The notes under the pieces were generated by a model, which saw only the letters and a list, made by a program, of their open reading frames with translations, made no database searches and had not been told where the DNA came from. Shown in pieces: positions 37,301-50,530 of a DNA stretch of 64,000 nucleotides (the stretch's first letter is position 1; each line of letters begins with the position of its first letter). The position numbers were made by a program, and so were the translations under genes. The DNA is from Okamejei kenojei (lineage: Eukaryota). Location of the stretch: contig CM069162.1 in assembly GCA_035221665.1 (NCBI GenBank), forward strand, positions 25,420,001 to 25,484,000, given 5' to 3'.

Positions 37301-38908
37301 GCTATTTGAACCCAACACTCTTTAGACTATGAATGTTCTGTTAATGAGAGTGTTAACGTGAAGAGAGAATAATCTCAGTGCCAAAGATCCCAGCTGTTAG
37401 TTGATATCTGGGGTGGGACACGAGGGGAAGGTTAAGGAGGGGTGTTGCTAGAGTTTGGAACCCATGAGGTTTTATTTGGCTGAGGCCTAAACCCTGACTC
37501 ACTCCTGATTAAATGGTGTTTTCTGGTTGAATACATTCACACATGCCTTGCCTAATTATAGACAAAGCTACTTCACCTCATAGTAATTTATCTGGCGCAG
37601 AACTAGTTTACCAAGATATTTTGTGAATGGGTGAGGATCACTGTCAGTGAAAGAGAAAAAAACAACTGCCTCAAAAGCACCTAGAATCAGCTAATCATTC
37701 AGGTTAAAGTAGAGATTCCGGTTATGATACAAAGCCAAATATCAGTTTTCATCGGGTCATTCATTTACCCACTCTGTAATTTTTACATGATGATGTAAAG
37801 TTCAGCTAAAACTTCTGTAAGGCTGTTGACCTGAGATATTAAATGTTCCTCTAACCAATTTTGCCGCCTGCATTGTTGGGCGTATCCAGCACGTTTCTTA
37901 TTGTAAAATTATATGCAGCACAGGTCAATAAATTAAACATATAGTTAAATTATCCAAAATTCTGACAATTGGAAGTAGCGGATATACTATCTAATACTCT
38001 GCCCAAACCACAGTGGGAGACTAATCATGAGGCTACCACCATTCACTTCCTAATTGACTTAGATCTTTTGTCCATTTCCACAGTGAATTGGGGAAATAAA
38101 TAGCCTATTCCAAGCCTGACTGGATGGTTCTTGGCAGTCCATCAACCTTTTATCTCCAGTATCTTAATTAATATGTCCTTGGAATAAAATAAAACCTACC
38201 TCTGTAAATTTTCCCTGGGGTTTTGCTTAAAGTAGTGAGCGGGAAGTTGATCTTCAATTCCCGAAGGATAGGCTGGTCCCAGTAATGTCCCAGCAACAGG
38301 AACATTTCATAATCAATCGACCTTACATAAACACGGATCCTTTATAAGGAGACATTGCAGAGTGGGTCCACAGGAAAACGTGTGTTGCTCCATGCACATG
38401 GGAAGGAATAATGGTTCCCCAGAGCCTCGCCATCATTAGTTCAATTGGTCTTGAAAGGCAGAGAAGAATAATTCAAAATGAACAATGTTAGAAATATAGA
38501 AAATAAGCGCAGGAGTCGGCTATTCAGCCCTTCAAGCCAGCACAGCCATTGGCTGATCATCCAAAATCAGTACCCCGATCCGCAGATTTCACCAGATCCC
38601 CTGTATATGTTTAGACCAAGGGTTTGACAGTAATTTTACTCAATAGACTTCCAGCTTCTAGATAATGCTGGGTCCAGCCATTCCTCTGGAGGACTGAGTA
38701 AACACCCGGTTTGGAGCGGAAACTATGGTTATTAGTCAGGCTAGGTAATAAGAAGCTCCCAAGTGCACCAGTAGTGTTGTGCCCTGACACCTGCCAGTGG
38801 AGGATCAGGGTTGTCAGGTAGGAAGGATGTTGTGAAGCTTCTTATTACTTTTGGAGCTTCTTACCACCTCATTTGGAAATCTCTTTCCTCGCCTTCCCAT
38901 TTCTGCAG

Positions 38909-39088
38909 GTTGTGATGTACATTGGGCAGACTTCCAAAGATGTCTTAAGATGGCCGAGACCTCCATCACCTCCAGTAATCAAGCTTGAGGTACGGGTGGA
39001 TGCAGAGTACGGGATGCCTTCCACTCATGCCATGGCGGCCACTGCTATCCCCTTCACCTTCCTCCTGGCCACAATGAACAGGTACAAG
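38909..39088 (+). CDS. SGPP2: SGPP2 exon 3 (180 nt): [60 protein letters not shown]
   Basis: TTTCTGCAG acceptor and AAG|GTGAGG donor. Contains PAP2 motif C1 (KxxxxxxRP) and C2 (PSTH). Confidence 0.96.
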
Positions 39089-39813
39089 GTGAGGCTGAAT
39101 TATTTCCTTTTATCTTTGAGTGCTGAGATGTTTTTCGTCTAACTGAAATGCCTGCCTTTGCTCTATTTTAGTTCTCTCAACGATGAATCAATTATTCTAC
39201 TAAAGGTGCAGCACAACATGATGGACAATAAATCAATAGCTTCTCCTTGCACCATGCCCAGTTCTGATTTGTCATCACCCATTACGTTGCCAGTGTCCAA
39301 GTGGATTACATTCCTCTTACTTGTCTCTTTCACCTCCAGACAATTAATCTGACAAGCACATATTGTGACCTGTCTGGTATTCTCCATAAATATCGTGACG
39401 TGTCTGGCACGTGGCTCAGACAAGGCAGAGTGCAAATTGACTGGAATAATTCTTTGTATCTGCGCCTTTCGTTATGGGATTGTCCTTCAAGGGTGGGAGG
39501 GGATTGTTTGGAGGTATTTAAGGTCTCAAAGCAAGTAGACAGTCGAGAGTGAGAGAACTTGCCCCATCAACAGAAGGGTCAGGACTCTGGGGGATGGGTG
39601 GATATGGACAGATACAAACGAGGCACAAGCAAACCACCTTTCATACCTCGAATGATTACAATCTGCAGAACCAGCAGGGAATGCAGGCAGATTTAGTAGC
39701 AACCATGGGGTAGATGGATAGTTACTTGGAGTCATAGCAGGGAAACTGAACATTCTGCCCAGTTTGCCCATACTGATCTCTCATTTGGATATTGCTAAGG
39801 TGTCATGCAAGTC

Positions 39814-39940
39814 TGAAGAAGGGTTTCGACCCGAAATGTTGCCCATTTCCTTCGCTCCATAGATGCTGCCTCACCCGCTGAGTTTCTCCAGCATTTTTTG
39901 TCTACCTTCGATTTTCCAGCATCTGTAGTTCCTTCTTAAA
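39814..39940 (+). mobile_element. Penelope-pLTR-derived element starting at the hammerhead core
   Basis: Reads CTGAAGAAGGGTTTCGACCCGAAA..., with a 10-bp direct repeat CATGCAAGTC at 39804-39813 / 39941-39950. Confidence 0.75.
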
Positions 39941-40439
39941 CATGCAAGTCAAATTCTTGGGTTGTTGCCTGTTATCCCTTTGTATAAAATGTGGCAGTCC
40001 CTTCATTTAATTGCACAGACACCGTTTTGTTGTTCACAGGTTGATGTCCCATATCCCTCTGAACTTTTCCTATCCATGCAGGGCTATGGGGAAGGGTTGG
40101 AGAAGTGTCGATGAGCTGGGCTCCTCCAGCAGAGAGCTCGATGGACTGAAAAGCCTCCTCTCGCACTGTAGCCATTCTGTGATTCTTGTGGAGTGGGCTG
40201 ATGAGTGGGCACATTCTGCCCTGTGGCACGTGTCAGCAGGTTAGGAAACGGCTAGGATTTAACCCTGCCCTTTGTTGGGTGAGGAAGTCTCTGGCTCAGA
40301 GACAGGCAGTGAGATCAAAACTGGCCTCTTTTACCCTGGCTAAGTGAGGGGAAAACTAAGCAGCAGAAAGTGATTGAGGCGTCATTTTTGAGGTCTAAGA
40401 CTCCTTGGAAACAGGTTCAAGCCTCAGTGCAGAGAACAA

Positions 40440-40712
40440 ATTTAAAGATACAGGATGGAAACAGGCCCTTCGGCCCACTGACTCCACGCCAGCCAGCTCT
40501 CACCATACACGTACACTGTCCTACACACTCGCGACTAAGTACAATTTTTACTGAAGCCAATTAACCCACAAAGCAGTACATCTTTGGAGTGTGGGAGGAA
40601 ACCGGAGCTCAGGGAGCAAACCCACGCGATCACGGGAGAATGTACAAACTCCGTACAGACAGCGTCCGTAGTCAGGATCTAACCCGGGCCTCTGGCGCTG
40701 TAAGGCAACTGC
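40440..40712 (-). mobile_element. tRNA-derived V-SINE (HE1-like)
   Basis: Reverse complement of the family consensus seen elsewhere in the window. Confidence 0.75.
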
Positions 40713-40924
40713 TGGCTACTCACAGCTCACTGGCCTCTATGTAAATCCTGACGGGTGCATGGATCCCCCTGTGTGTTTGCACACATCCACTCTGATAAAT
40801 GGACAGAAACACACACACAAACACTCCTCTGCTCACTATTTGCTTCCCCCTTCCTAATCTCCTTGATCACAGACCATCGCAAGGAGTGTGGCATGTGGAG
40901 ATAGAGAGGGAGATTACTACGGTG

Positions 40925-41000
40925 GAGGCTCTCACTGTCTGTTCACACTGACTCCATAATAGAGGCTCTCGCTGTCTGTTCACACTGACTCCATAATAGA
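40925..41000 (+). repeat. 37-bp tandem duplication
   Basis: GAGGCTCTC(A/G)CTGTCTGTTCACACTGACTCCATAATA occurs twice. Confidence 0.92.
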
Positions 41001-41424
41001 AGCTAAACAAGGAGGAACATGCTTTAAAAGCTCGATAACTGGAACCAGGTGTTCCCTGAGCAGAGCTGCCAAGAAGCCTTTAAAATAACTGGCAAGGTCA
41101 TCTCCAAGCTCAATAAAATCTAATTGCTGTGAAAGTGACTCCCTATCTGGTTAATCAGTTACTACTGAGTGTCGAAAAAAGGATTCCAGCATCCACATTC
41201 ACCAAGCTCACAAGCAAAGAGTTTTGCTCTGAGTTTGCTCCACAAAGAACTGCAGGTCAGGCAGAAAAAGTGTTAACAAAACAATCAACCTGCAGCGCAC
41301 AGTGCAGGTTAACTACTGGTAACAGATTCTCTACCTATAACATTGATTTTGTTGGACACTCCCTTCCTGCTTGGAGATGCATGGACTGTCATAATTAGTT
41401 GCTGAAAATGTTGGAGCCAATTTT

Positions 41425-41722
41425 ATGCATAGTGGTGCAGCTGGTAGAACTGTTGCCTCGCAGTGCTAGGGACCTGGGTTCTGTATTCGGCTGTTGTCCG
41501 TGTGGAGTTTGCATGTTCTCTTTTTGACCACCTAGGTTTCCTCTGAGTGTTCTGGCTTCGTCACATCTTAAAGAGGTGCATGTTCGTAGGTTGATCGGCC
41601 TTTGTATATTGTGCCTCGTGTGCAGGGAGTGGCTGAGATAAACGTGCAACGAGTATGAGCTAGTGATCGATGATCGGCTTGGACTGAAGGGCCTGTTTCC
41701 AAGCTGTCTGTAAACATAAACA
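41425..41722 (+). mobile_element. tRNA-derived V-SINE (HE1-like)
   Basis: GTGGTGCAGCTGGTAGA head, V-domain, and GAAGGGCCTGTTTCC tail. Confidence 0.75.
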
Positions 41723-42785
41723 AAGTGTTAAATGAGGAGATCATCTATTTTTAATAATGTACAGGATTAAAAACAATGACATGAACTATAGAAACGGCTC
41801 CTCCTTTTCTTTGAAGAAGACTTTTTCCATCAGTCTGAAAGGCAGCACTCTGTCACTTTCACTGCAACTTTGGTAAGATCAGGCTATATTTTTTCCTAGT
41901 CTTTTGAAAGTGCTATGTTCTGACCTTTGAACGAAAGTGGTCTCTGTCCGTTTAAGCTGAAATGCAAAACGGTCATAACAAATTGAGGGTGCACCTATGG
42001 AATGATCTGTTCCATGGATTGCGTTGGGACCCATACACTCGACCTTTGTAAAATGATGCGATTCTAGTTTGATTTATGGTGTTATGGAAATTCCCTACAC
42101 AAAATCAGCAAATCATCAGAGTAGTTTGGGTTTTATTGCCAAAACTGCATTTTGACTGTGTTTTCCTGGGGTTAGAGTTCGTTAAACCCTAGTCCCGATC
42201 TTGCCTGTTCCTTGAGATTGCCTGGGTTTACTGGAAATATTTGAGTTGGTCTCACTGCACTACAGTCTCTCGTTCAAAGGTCACAGGCACAGCTCATTGG
42301 AGAGAGCTGTGTATTTGGCTTATAAAATGTATTTGATAGCCTTGGGGCTTTGCAAAGCAGAGAGCTGTGTCTGTAGTGAGATCTTTATTTCACACAAGAA
42401 GATGCAAGGAGCAGGATTAAGCTGTGACATTGACTGGGGACTATGGGTGACGCACTGCACAGCCAGAATTAGAACACATACGGCCAAACATTTGAAGATC
42501 AGTCCCGTAGTTTGAAATGAAATGTGGGTTCATGATTTTGGATGTCAAGCATTATATTTATCCCAAGCAACCCAGTCTCATCACATTTACTTAGATCCAG
42601 AGTGTCGACTGCAACTGCTCCCACTTGAATTAGCACTGACCTCAGAGGGAAATAGAATTCGATAGGTTTTAAATAAGTTCTGAATCTAATCCGTGTGGTT
42701 CCTGTCCTTGTATTGTCTGATGTGCAGAGAGAGCGTTGCATGGTATCGAACCCATTAAGTAACTCTGTGTCTCTTTTTTTTTCAG

Positions 42786-42875
42786 TACCCCTTTGAGCTG
42801 GCATTGGTATTTGCTGTAGCCATTTGTACCTTGGTCTCGCTCAGTCGTATTTACACAGGAATGCATACAGTTCTG
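42786..42875 (+). CDS. SGPP2: SGPP2 exon 4 (90 nt): [30 protein letters not shown]
   Basis: T-rich tract plus CAG acceptor and CTG|GTAAG donor. Contains PAP2 motif C3 SRxxxxxHxxxD, completed by the first D of exon 5. Confidence 0.95.
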
Positions 42876-44274
42876 GTAAGGCGCGCACAGGGATTTAGGC
42901 ACAAAGATGAGGGTTTGCGTTATGATTTAATATGTTCAACAGATTTAACATAAAATAAAACACCTTGCTATGATGTAATGAACAGTTACATAATCTAACA
43001 TAAAAAAACAACTAAAATGGTTGTGCTTTAAGGAGTGCAGGAGGCTATGTCTGAGGCATGTAACTTTCAGCACGGTTCGAAGGAATAATCACAACAAAAT
43101 GTTGACATTTGCAAGCTTAACAAATCCCTTCTTTTGACATTTTGTTATCAAATCCACTTTTGCATTAATTTTCATCTCACTAGTTTACCCCATCTATCTT
43201 CCCACTGCATCTCCACACCGTCTCTTTAGATCCCCAAAGCCGATGTACAGTGCTTCTCACTGCACCCTTCAGTCCTACCTTCTCATTGCAATCCCATCCC
43301 ACCTACTCACCAACCCATTCTATCTCACAACTCCACCAGAGAACCCTCTTCACCTGATCCATGGGACGTTTCCCCATGAAGTAGAATTGGACAACAGCTC
43401 GTTAGCTAAGAGTTCAAAACGCAGCGATTAAGCAATTTTAATAAATTGGTCAAATTATGACACCAGATACTTGTAAAATGCTTCAAGGAAGGCGAACCTC
43501 CTCCTCCTCCTACTGCTGTTGACTCTGGCTAGCACTGGATCAAGACGCACAATATACGGTTCATTCCGAAAGTCCTCATGATATCTAGGAATGGAGAATA
43601 GGTATTGCCATGGCAGCATTGCATACATTCACAAAAGGTTAAATAAAAATGGAAACCAAAATGCACAGAGCAGGTGGCATACTTTAAAAGTCGATCTTAA
43701 ATCTGAAAAAAAAAAACATTTTTGGTTTCCAACAGTGTGTCTGCTCACTACCCCGTGGGTACATGGGCAGCTGAGTGCTTCAGACTATTCACCCTCTCCA
43801 TTATTTCCATCACCCTGAGGTTTGTTGACTTACTCCAGTCAATACTGACAAACATTGCCCAGCCCAAAGTATTTATTACTGCTGGGTGTTGAACAGCTAA
43901 AATCAGCAATGTTATAAAAGTTCTCTGTTCATTAAAAGCTTCTGCTGTTATCTCAGTCCAAGAACACTCACTATTTTAGCTGGAGGATAAACTATGAAAT
44001 AGAAGACTATCTTTGTACAAAGTCTGGATTGTTAATGAATGGTTAGGCATTGTAAGGACTTTCCACCTGAATTTGTTCCAACCAGGAGTGTGTGTTTGTT
44101 GTAAGATGGGTGAATGCAAAGGTTTTGCTGGGATGTGATTTCTTTTAGGGTCAAATAATCTGCCAATATCATTTGGAAATGGGTTATTAAGGATGACTAC
44201 TTCGATAAGACACTAACGGGTGTCATTTGAATCCATCCCCCAATAAGAGCCAAATATTGTTTGGAGGTAAATCG

Positions 44275-44552
44275 TGTCAGAATGGTGCAACTGGTGCTGG
44301 GTTCAATCCTGACCTCGGGTGCTATCTGTATGGAGTTTGCACATTGTCCCTGAAACCACATGGATATCCTCTGGGTGCCTCAGTATGCAGGCTTGACAGT
44401 TAATTGGCTTATATTAAAATGGCCTTTAATCATGCTGGATGTGGATGAGAAAGCGGGATAAAAGAGAACTAGTGTGTAAACAAGTGATTGATGATTGGCG
44501 TGGTGTCTGTTTGCCGAAGGACATGTTTCCATTGCTGTATCGCTAAAACTAA
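44275..44552 (+). mobile_element. tRNA-derived V-SINE (HE1-like), tail-to-tail with a CR1 3' end
   Basis: GGGTTCAATCC B box, V-domain and tail. Confidence 0.68.
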
Positions 44553-45985
44553 TAGTCATGCAATACAGAAACGGGCCCTTCAGCCCAACTTGCCCATGCC
44601 GACCAAGATGCCCCATCCACACTAGCACCACCTGCCTCCATTTAGCTCATATCCCACGAAAACTTTCCTATTCATGAACCTGTCCAAAAGCTTTTTAAAT
44701 GTTGTTATAGTATCTGTCTCAACTACCTCCTTTGGCAGCTCGTTCCATATATCAACCACCATGTGTGTGAAAAAAGTTGCCCCTCGGGTTCCTATCAAAT
44801 CTTTCCTCTCTCAACTTAAACGAGTCCTCTGGCTCATGATTTTCCTACTCTGAATAAAATACTATGTGCATTTACCCTACCTATCTCCCTCATGATCGTA
44901 TACACCTCTATAGATCACCCCATAATCGGGGCTGAAGGCAGCAGAAATTCTGCCTTTGCAGCACTGCGCATGTGCATCGGTCTACTGCGCATGCGCAGAG
45001 CAAGTTTCTTGGCGGGGTTTTCAAATATGGTTTGTCAATATTTTAAGTGTATGTTAGGTAACAAAGAGAGAAGAATGGAGCTTGTGTACCAATAATGTGG
45101 TAAGTACATTTTGTGTTTATGTTTTTAAATACTGTATTTCCGGGGTGTGGGGTGGGGGGAGAGCTTTCACAGTGTTTGGGGAGTCTGGCCCGGGGTAAGG
45201 TTGCGGGGAGGGCACGGATGTTATGAATGAGGGGATTGGGATAATGCCACTTGCGACGCTCCTTGCACGGAGGCGTGGAATGCCACCGCATTGAGGCCAG
45301 GGGGGGGGGGGGGGGGTGGCATGAGCGAAGTCGGTGAAAGGCAGGTGACGGGTGTTCAGAAGGAGAGCACTGCCAGAGGTGAGCGGGCCGCCAGAAGGCG
45401 CTGAAGTGGCGGCCAGTTCTGCTGTCGGGTACCGGCGGCCGCTTGTAGCTCCCCGAGCTGCTTCTATCCCCAGCTACAGTGCGGGGGCTTCGTGCCCGGA
45501 GAGCTGCAGCAGCGGTGAGTGAGTAACTTTCTGCCATTATCCCCGACACCCTCCTTGTCAACACTCGTGCCCTCCCCACAACTTTACCCCTGACACAGAC
45601 TCTCCACACGCTGTGAAAGGAACTGTTCCCCCAATTGTTTGGGGAGTCTGGCCCGGGGTAAGGTTGTGGGGAGGTCTAGGACTAGGAAGCCTTGGGCAAA
45701 TTGAAATGTCAATGTTTTTATTTATTTATTTAATTATTTAACGGAGCGAACAATCTGCGCATGCGCGGTTTAATATTATTTTTAGCGGACTGAGTGCCTA
45801 CCCTGAGTAATTACTCACGGCACGTGCCTGCCCCATATCCTCCTGCGCTCCAAGGAATAAAGTCCTAGCCTGCCCAACCTCTCCCAATAGCTCAGGCCCT
45901 CAAGTCCTAGGGCCCTCAAGGCAACCAAAATTAAATGCAATACTCCAAATGTGGCCTCACCAACATCTTGTACAACTGTAACATA
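44553..45985 (-). mobile_element. CR1 3' fragment interrupted by a ~910-bp unclassified insertion (44925-45830)
   Basis: The CR1 sequence ...CACCTCTATAGATCACCCC resumes as ATATCCTCCTGCGCTCCAAGGAATAAAG after the insert; the LGRLGLYSLE peptide lies on the right. Confidence 0.72.
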
Positions 45986-46447
45986 ACATAGACACAAAAT
46001 GCTGGAGTAACCCAGTGGGACAGGCAGCATCTCTGGAGAGAAGAAATGGGTGATGTTTTGCGTTCGAGACATGACTTCACTCACAAAATGCAACAAGTTA
46101 CACTTGTCTGTATTAAAATGCAATTAACCATTTCTCAGCCCACTTGCCCAACTGAATTAGACCTGGTTGTGATTTTTGATAACCATCTTTGCTATCTACA
46201 CACCACCCACTTTAGTGCCATACTAAACAAGTAGGGGTAAATGTTGCACATTCGAGATTGATTAGCATGCTCCCAAATAACTCCCAACACGTAACTATTT
46301 CTTTGTTTTGTTTGATCCTTATCAGATGTTTTAGTTCCTCATTTAGAAAGTGCTTAGCTCTGGAATGCCAACTTGGTGAGAGATTGGTATTAATATGAAA
46401 TGTATTCCCATGGCCTGTCACAATTAATGTTTTCTTCTCTTCTTCAG

Positions 46448-46990
46448 GATGTGCTCTGTGGAATTGCCATCACTGCTGTGCTGGTAACTGTCTCCTACCC
46501 TCTCTGGGATGCCATTGAGGCTTTTCAAATGAAGAATCACTTTGCTCCTGTGTTAGCATTGACTCTGTCCTTCCTGCTAGCTATAAACTACCCTGAGCTG
46601 GATCACTGGAGCACAGCCAGGGGTGACACCACCAATATAGTCAGTGCAGGTGGAGGAGCTACTCTGGCCACTTGGATTAATTATCAGTGGAACCTCATCC
46701 CGGATGCTGTGTCTGCTCCTCCCTATGAAATGCCTTCACTGACAACTGAACTCATCTGTAGGATGGGGGCCCGATTTGTCATTGGTATTGTGATCGTATT
46801 TTTTGCCCGTCAGGCTATAAAATCTGTGGCCTTGGCCTTTGTCTGCAAATTGGCTGGAGTGTCCCCTGGTGACAAGCAGGCTCGGAAGCTCCTATGGGTG
46901 GAAGTACCCTACAAGTATATTACGTACACATGCCTTGGAGTGGTTGGACTTGCACTGTGCCCAGCAGTGCACAGATATTTATCACTTTGA
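46448..46990 (+). CDS. SGPP2: SGPP2 exon 5 (543 nt, terminal): DVLCGIAITAVL...ARGDTT...VEVPYKYITYTCLGVVGLALCPAVHRYLSL*
   Basis: TCTTCAG acceptor and TGA at 46988-46990. Contains the conserved RGDTT and EVPYK motifs. The spliced CDS is 1215 nt = 404 aa plus stop, with all introns in phase 0. Confidence 0.95.
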   Translation, partial: DVLCGIAITAVLVTVSYPLWDAIEAFQMKNHFAPVLALTLSFLLAINYPELDHWSTARGDTTNIVSAGGGATLATWINYQWNLIPDAVSAPPYEMPSLTTELICRMGARFVIGIVIVFFARQAIKSVALAFVCKLAGVSPGDKQARKLLWVEVPYKYITYTCLGVVGLALCPAVHRYLSL

Positions 46991-48639
46991 TATTGTTACT
47001 AACGTACATTACTGCATGCTAGGAATCTGTAAGAGCTACTGCTGGACATAGTGCAGAAGGCCGCACCAATTAGTCTGTTGGACATTGGACTCAGCCTGGG
47101 CTTAGTCAACAATCTGAGGGACAGAAGGTCAATGTTCTATAGTGAACATCCCTCAATTGACGAGCTACAAATTCTCTGGCAGGAGATGGACATTCTTCTC
47201 TTGTTGTTCGGTTGTTGCCTTGGCAAATATGTTTGTATTTAGGATCTTTGTTTTGCACTGCCTCTCAGGGTATACACAGTCAGTATGGAGTATAGGAACA
47301 AAAGGACACAAAATAACTCAGTGGGTCAGGTAGCATCTCTGGAGAACATGAATAGCTGACGATTGAATATGGGAACAATTATTTTTATTCTATGCCTTTA
47401 ACTCTTTAACAGATAACCCATTCCCACCCGAGTCAGATTTTGAATGGTTTGTTTGCTCCACATCTGGGTTAGGTGCAGCATTTGTTTTAAACATTATCAG
47501 CAGTGGTTCCATCACAGACCATTCGATGGGCTAAATTGTATTGCTAATCTTACTCTGGTAGCTGCTCTCCATTTGATTTAATGAGCTCAGCGGTGGTGGT
47601 TTGGGAGCTGATGAACTGGTGGCCGTCGTCTTCAGGGCATCTCTGGCCAGAGGGTGGGAAACTGCTGCCCTTGGAAGAGTTAGGAAATGGCCCTGGTTCT
47701 CCTCTACATTTTATACAATTTAAAAAGCATTATAACTTTTCAGAATTCCAACCACTTAGCTGATCTGGACTTACCAGTGGGGATGACATTGGCTTACCGG
47801 ACCCTCAGGCCTTCACTGACCCGGCATGCAGATCTATATGTGGGGTGCTGACTGTGTGAATAAGTCTTCACCTGTGGGCAGGGTGATGACTGGATGTGCA
47901 GAGCTCCACCGATCACACGGATGTTGAGTATGTCTCTAGAGGTCAAACCTTGACTGAGCTGGGGATGCGGGGACTTCTGACACCGAACAACCCATCATTC
48001 ACCTCCATCCCAACTCCAAACCCATACCACAGATTGGCGTCTTGGGGATTAATTGGGTTGGGTGGAGATTCCAGATCGTTCAAGAGCTGCAAGGAATACC
48101 TGGGTTTGGTGGAGGCCTGTTGCTAATGAGGCTGTCATGTGTTCTGGAGCATTTGGCAGGAGCTTTTGAGTCACAGAATTTCAGCAAATGTGCCCAACAT
48201 GAATCTTCTAATGTAAAATGAAAGCATAAATACAGGAACTACTCAGATGGTCAGAATCTATAACTCTCGGAGAACCATGATGAAGGTATTTTACCTGGGG
48301 GAGTTAACAAGAATGAAGATCACACAGGACAACAATATCTACATATTATATGCACATGTTAAGATGTTTTCTTGCAACATCATTCTGTTCTTGCCCTGGT
48401 GTGAATGTTAATAGAGACACACTTGACTGTTAGAACCCAGATGAGCCACAAAATGAATTTGCAGTCTGCTTTGAAAATACAGTATTTGAAATGCCTCTGT
48501 TGAATCTTGATTACTGAAATCCCTGTACTTTATCCCAATATTTGAGGGTGCTCCCTCATGTAATGACTGTAAAATAAAAGAAAATTCCAATTTGGAATTC
48601 AAACCATTTCCAGTTAACTCCTATAACTTGAATCCAATG

Positions 48640-49375
48640 TCCTTCTCGTTCCACACCTGTGACGTTTTCTACTGCATTTGGTTCTCCCAATATGGCCTCC
48701 TTTACATCAGCGAGACCAAGTGTACACGGGTGCTTGCTCTGCTGGATCTCCCCATTGCTAACAATTTTAACTCTCTTTCCCTTACTGATCTTTCTGTCCT
48801 GGGACTCCTCTATTGCCAAATTGAGGCCACACACAATCTGGAGGAACTGCACCTAATCATCTGCTTGGGAAGCTTATAATCTAATGGTATGAATATTGGA
48901 TTCTCCAATTTTATGTAACTATCCTACTGACTTCTTCCTTGCCCCGCATTTTCTACGCATCTTCTCCGTACCCCTCCTCTTTCTACGCATCTTCTCCGTA
49001 CCCCTCCTCTTTCTACGCATCTTCTCCGTACCCCTCTGTGCCCATTTCTCTTTTTCCCCTACCCCCCCCCCCCCCCCCCCCCCCATGTCCATTTGCAGCT
49101 ATATCCCTTCCTCTGGCTTTATATTTCACACCTTTTCCATCCTTATCTTTTTATCTCACACTTTTCATCTTTGGTTTTTGTCCAACCATCTGCCAATCAA
49201 ACCCCCTTCAATTATTTCTACACTCTGTCCCTCCACCACCTCTCGTCCACATTTCTCCCCTCCTACAATCGATTTGAAGGGTCCTAACCCATGTTCACCA
49301 GAGATGCTGCCTGACGCACCAAGTTACTCTCGCACTTTTTTTTTGTAAACCAACATCTGCAGTTCCTTGTGTCTG
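48640..49375 (+). mobile_element. Penelope-like retroelement 3' remnant (GIY-YIG endonuclease C-terminus plus pseudo-LTR)
   Basis: The peptide VFYCIWFSQYGLLYISETK...PIANNFNS..LSVLGLLYCQ.EA...LEE.HLI..LGSL..NGMNI.FSNF resembles the Neptune-type PLE GIY-YIG domain. It is followed by a pyrimidine-rich tract and the ...GATGCTGCCTGAC...CATCTGCAGTTCCTTG tail shared by the short repeats. Confidence 0.75.
48950..49036 (+). repeat. 30-bp tandem repeat x2.9 (TTTCTACGCATCTTCTCCGTACCCCTCCTC)
   Basis: Perfect period-30 copies, read directly. Confidence 0.95.
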
Positions 49376-50304
49376 TGTCTTCCTTCAGACTTCGTCTGTT
49401 CAGCCCATTGTATAGGATCTTTATGGACTAACCCACCACCCTTTCACAACTATTGTACAGATACCAATGAATTACCTCTTCCTATTCTTGCTGTTCATCC
49501 AAAATTCCAGAGGACTAAATTATTTCCCCTACATGTCTGTTGAATGGAATCCCATTGGATTTACAGCTCCCCATTCAGACCCAGTGTTTCAATTACTGAT
49601 GGACTGAAATCCCTTAACTTTTAGATCCATTGCATGAAGTCTCTTAACCCATCCCTTCCCAAGTTATCGAATGGCACAGTTTAAGACAACCTAGCAATTA
49701 TAAAGATAGACACAAAATGCTGGTTCAGCAGGACAGGCAGCATCGCTGGAGAGAAGGACTTCTCCCGCTGAGCTACGCCAACATTTTGTGTCTGTCTTTG
49801 ATTTAAACCGGCATCTGCAGTTCCTATGGCTCAATTATAAAGGATTTATTGGGATTTTCTTTGTTTGGTTAAATGATAGCAAAGAACAATTTACGGGAAT
49901 GGAGTTGTTTGTGTGTGAGTTTTATTGTTATTTTGTTGCTGCTATGAAGCAATATATGATCATTTGTAAAGTATGTTGTAGTTTTTATGACTTCTAGATC
50001 TTGCATAAATGAGGTGCATCATTATATGTCATTATTCTTTGGTCTGTCCACACTTGATCCACTGTGGGAGCCTTGATGGGCAGTGAATACATCTGATATG
50101 TAGGGGGAAATGAGAGGAAGATCATTTGTATTGTTTTATTATTGCCATGGGTGAGGAGATAGTGAGAAGCTTTGTTTGCATGCTATCCAGCCAGTCATAC
50201 TATACTCATGTATAGTACAATCAAGTCACACACAAGTACAATAAATAATGCAAAGAGAATGGAGATTTAAAAGAGTGAAACGATTGTATTTACAGTGTTG
50301 ATTG

Positions 50305-50530
50305 AAACATAGAAACATAGAAATTAGGTGCAGGAGTAGGCCATTCAGCCCTTCGAGCCTGCACCGCCATTCAATATGATCATGGCTGATCATCCAACTC
50401 AGTATCCCGTACCTGCCTTCTCTCCATACCCTCTGATCCCCTTAGCCACAAGGGCCACATCCAACTCACTCTTAAATATAGCCAATGAACTGGCCTCAAC
50501 TACCCTCTGTGGCAGAGAGTTCCAGAGACT
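50305..50530 (-). mobile_element. Young CR1 3' end
   Basis: (AAACATAG)2 tail, and near-identity to the reverse complement of 23280-23480. Confidence 0.8.

Noticed and set aside
45043-45609. 188-aa minus-strand ORF
   Set aside because: It sits inside the GC-rich fold-back insertion, has no ATG start and shows no recognisable domain.
48950-49036. 30-bp repeats as a CRISPR-like array
   Set aside because: Head-to-tail with no spacers, in a eukaryotic context inside a Penelope remnant.
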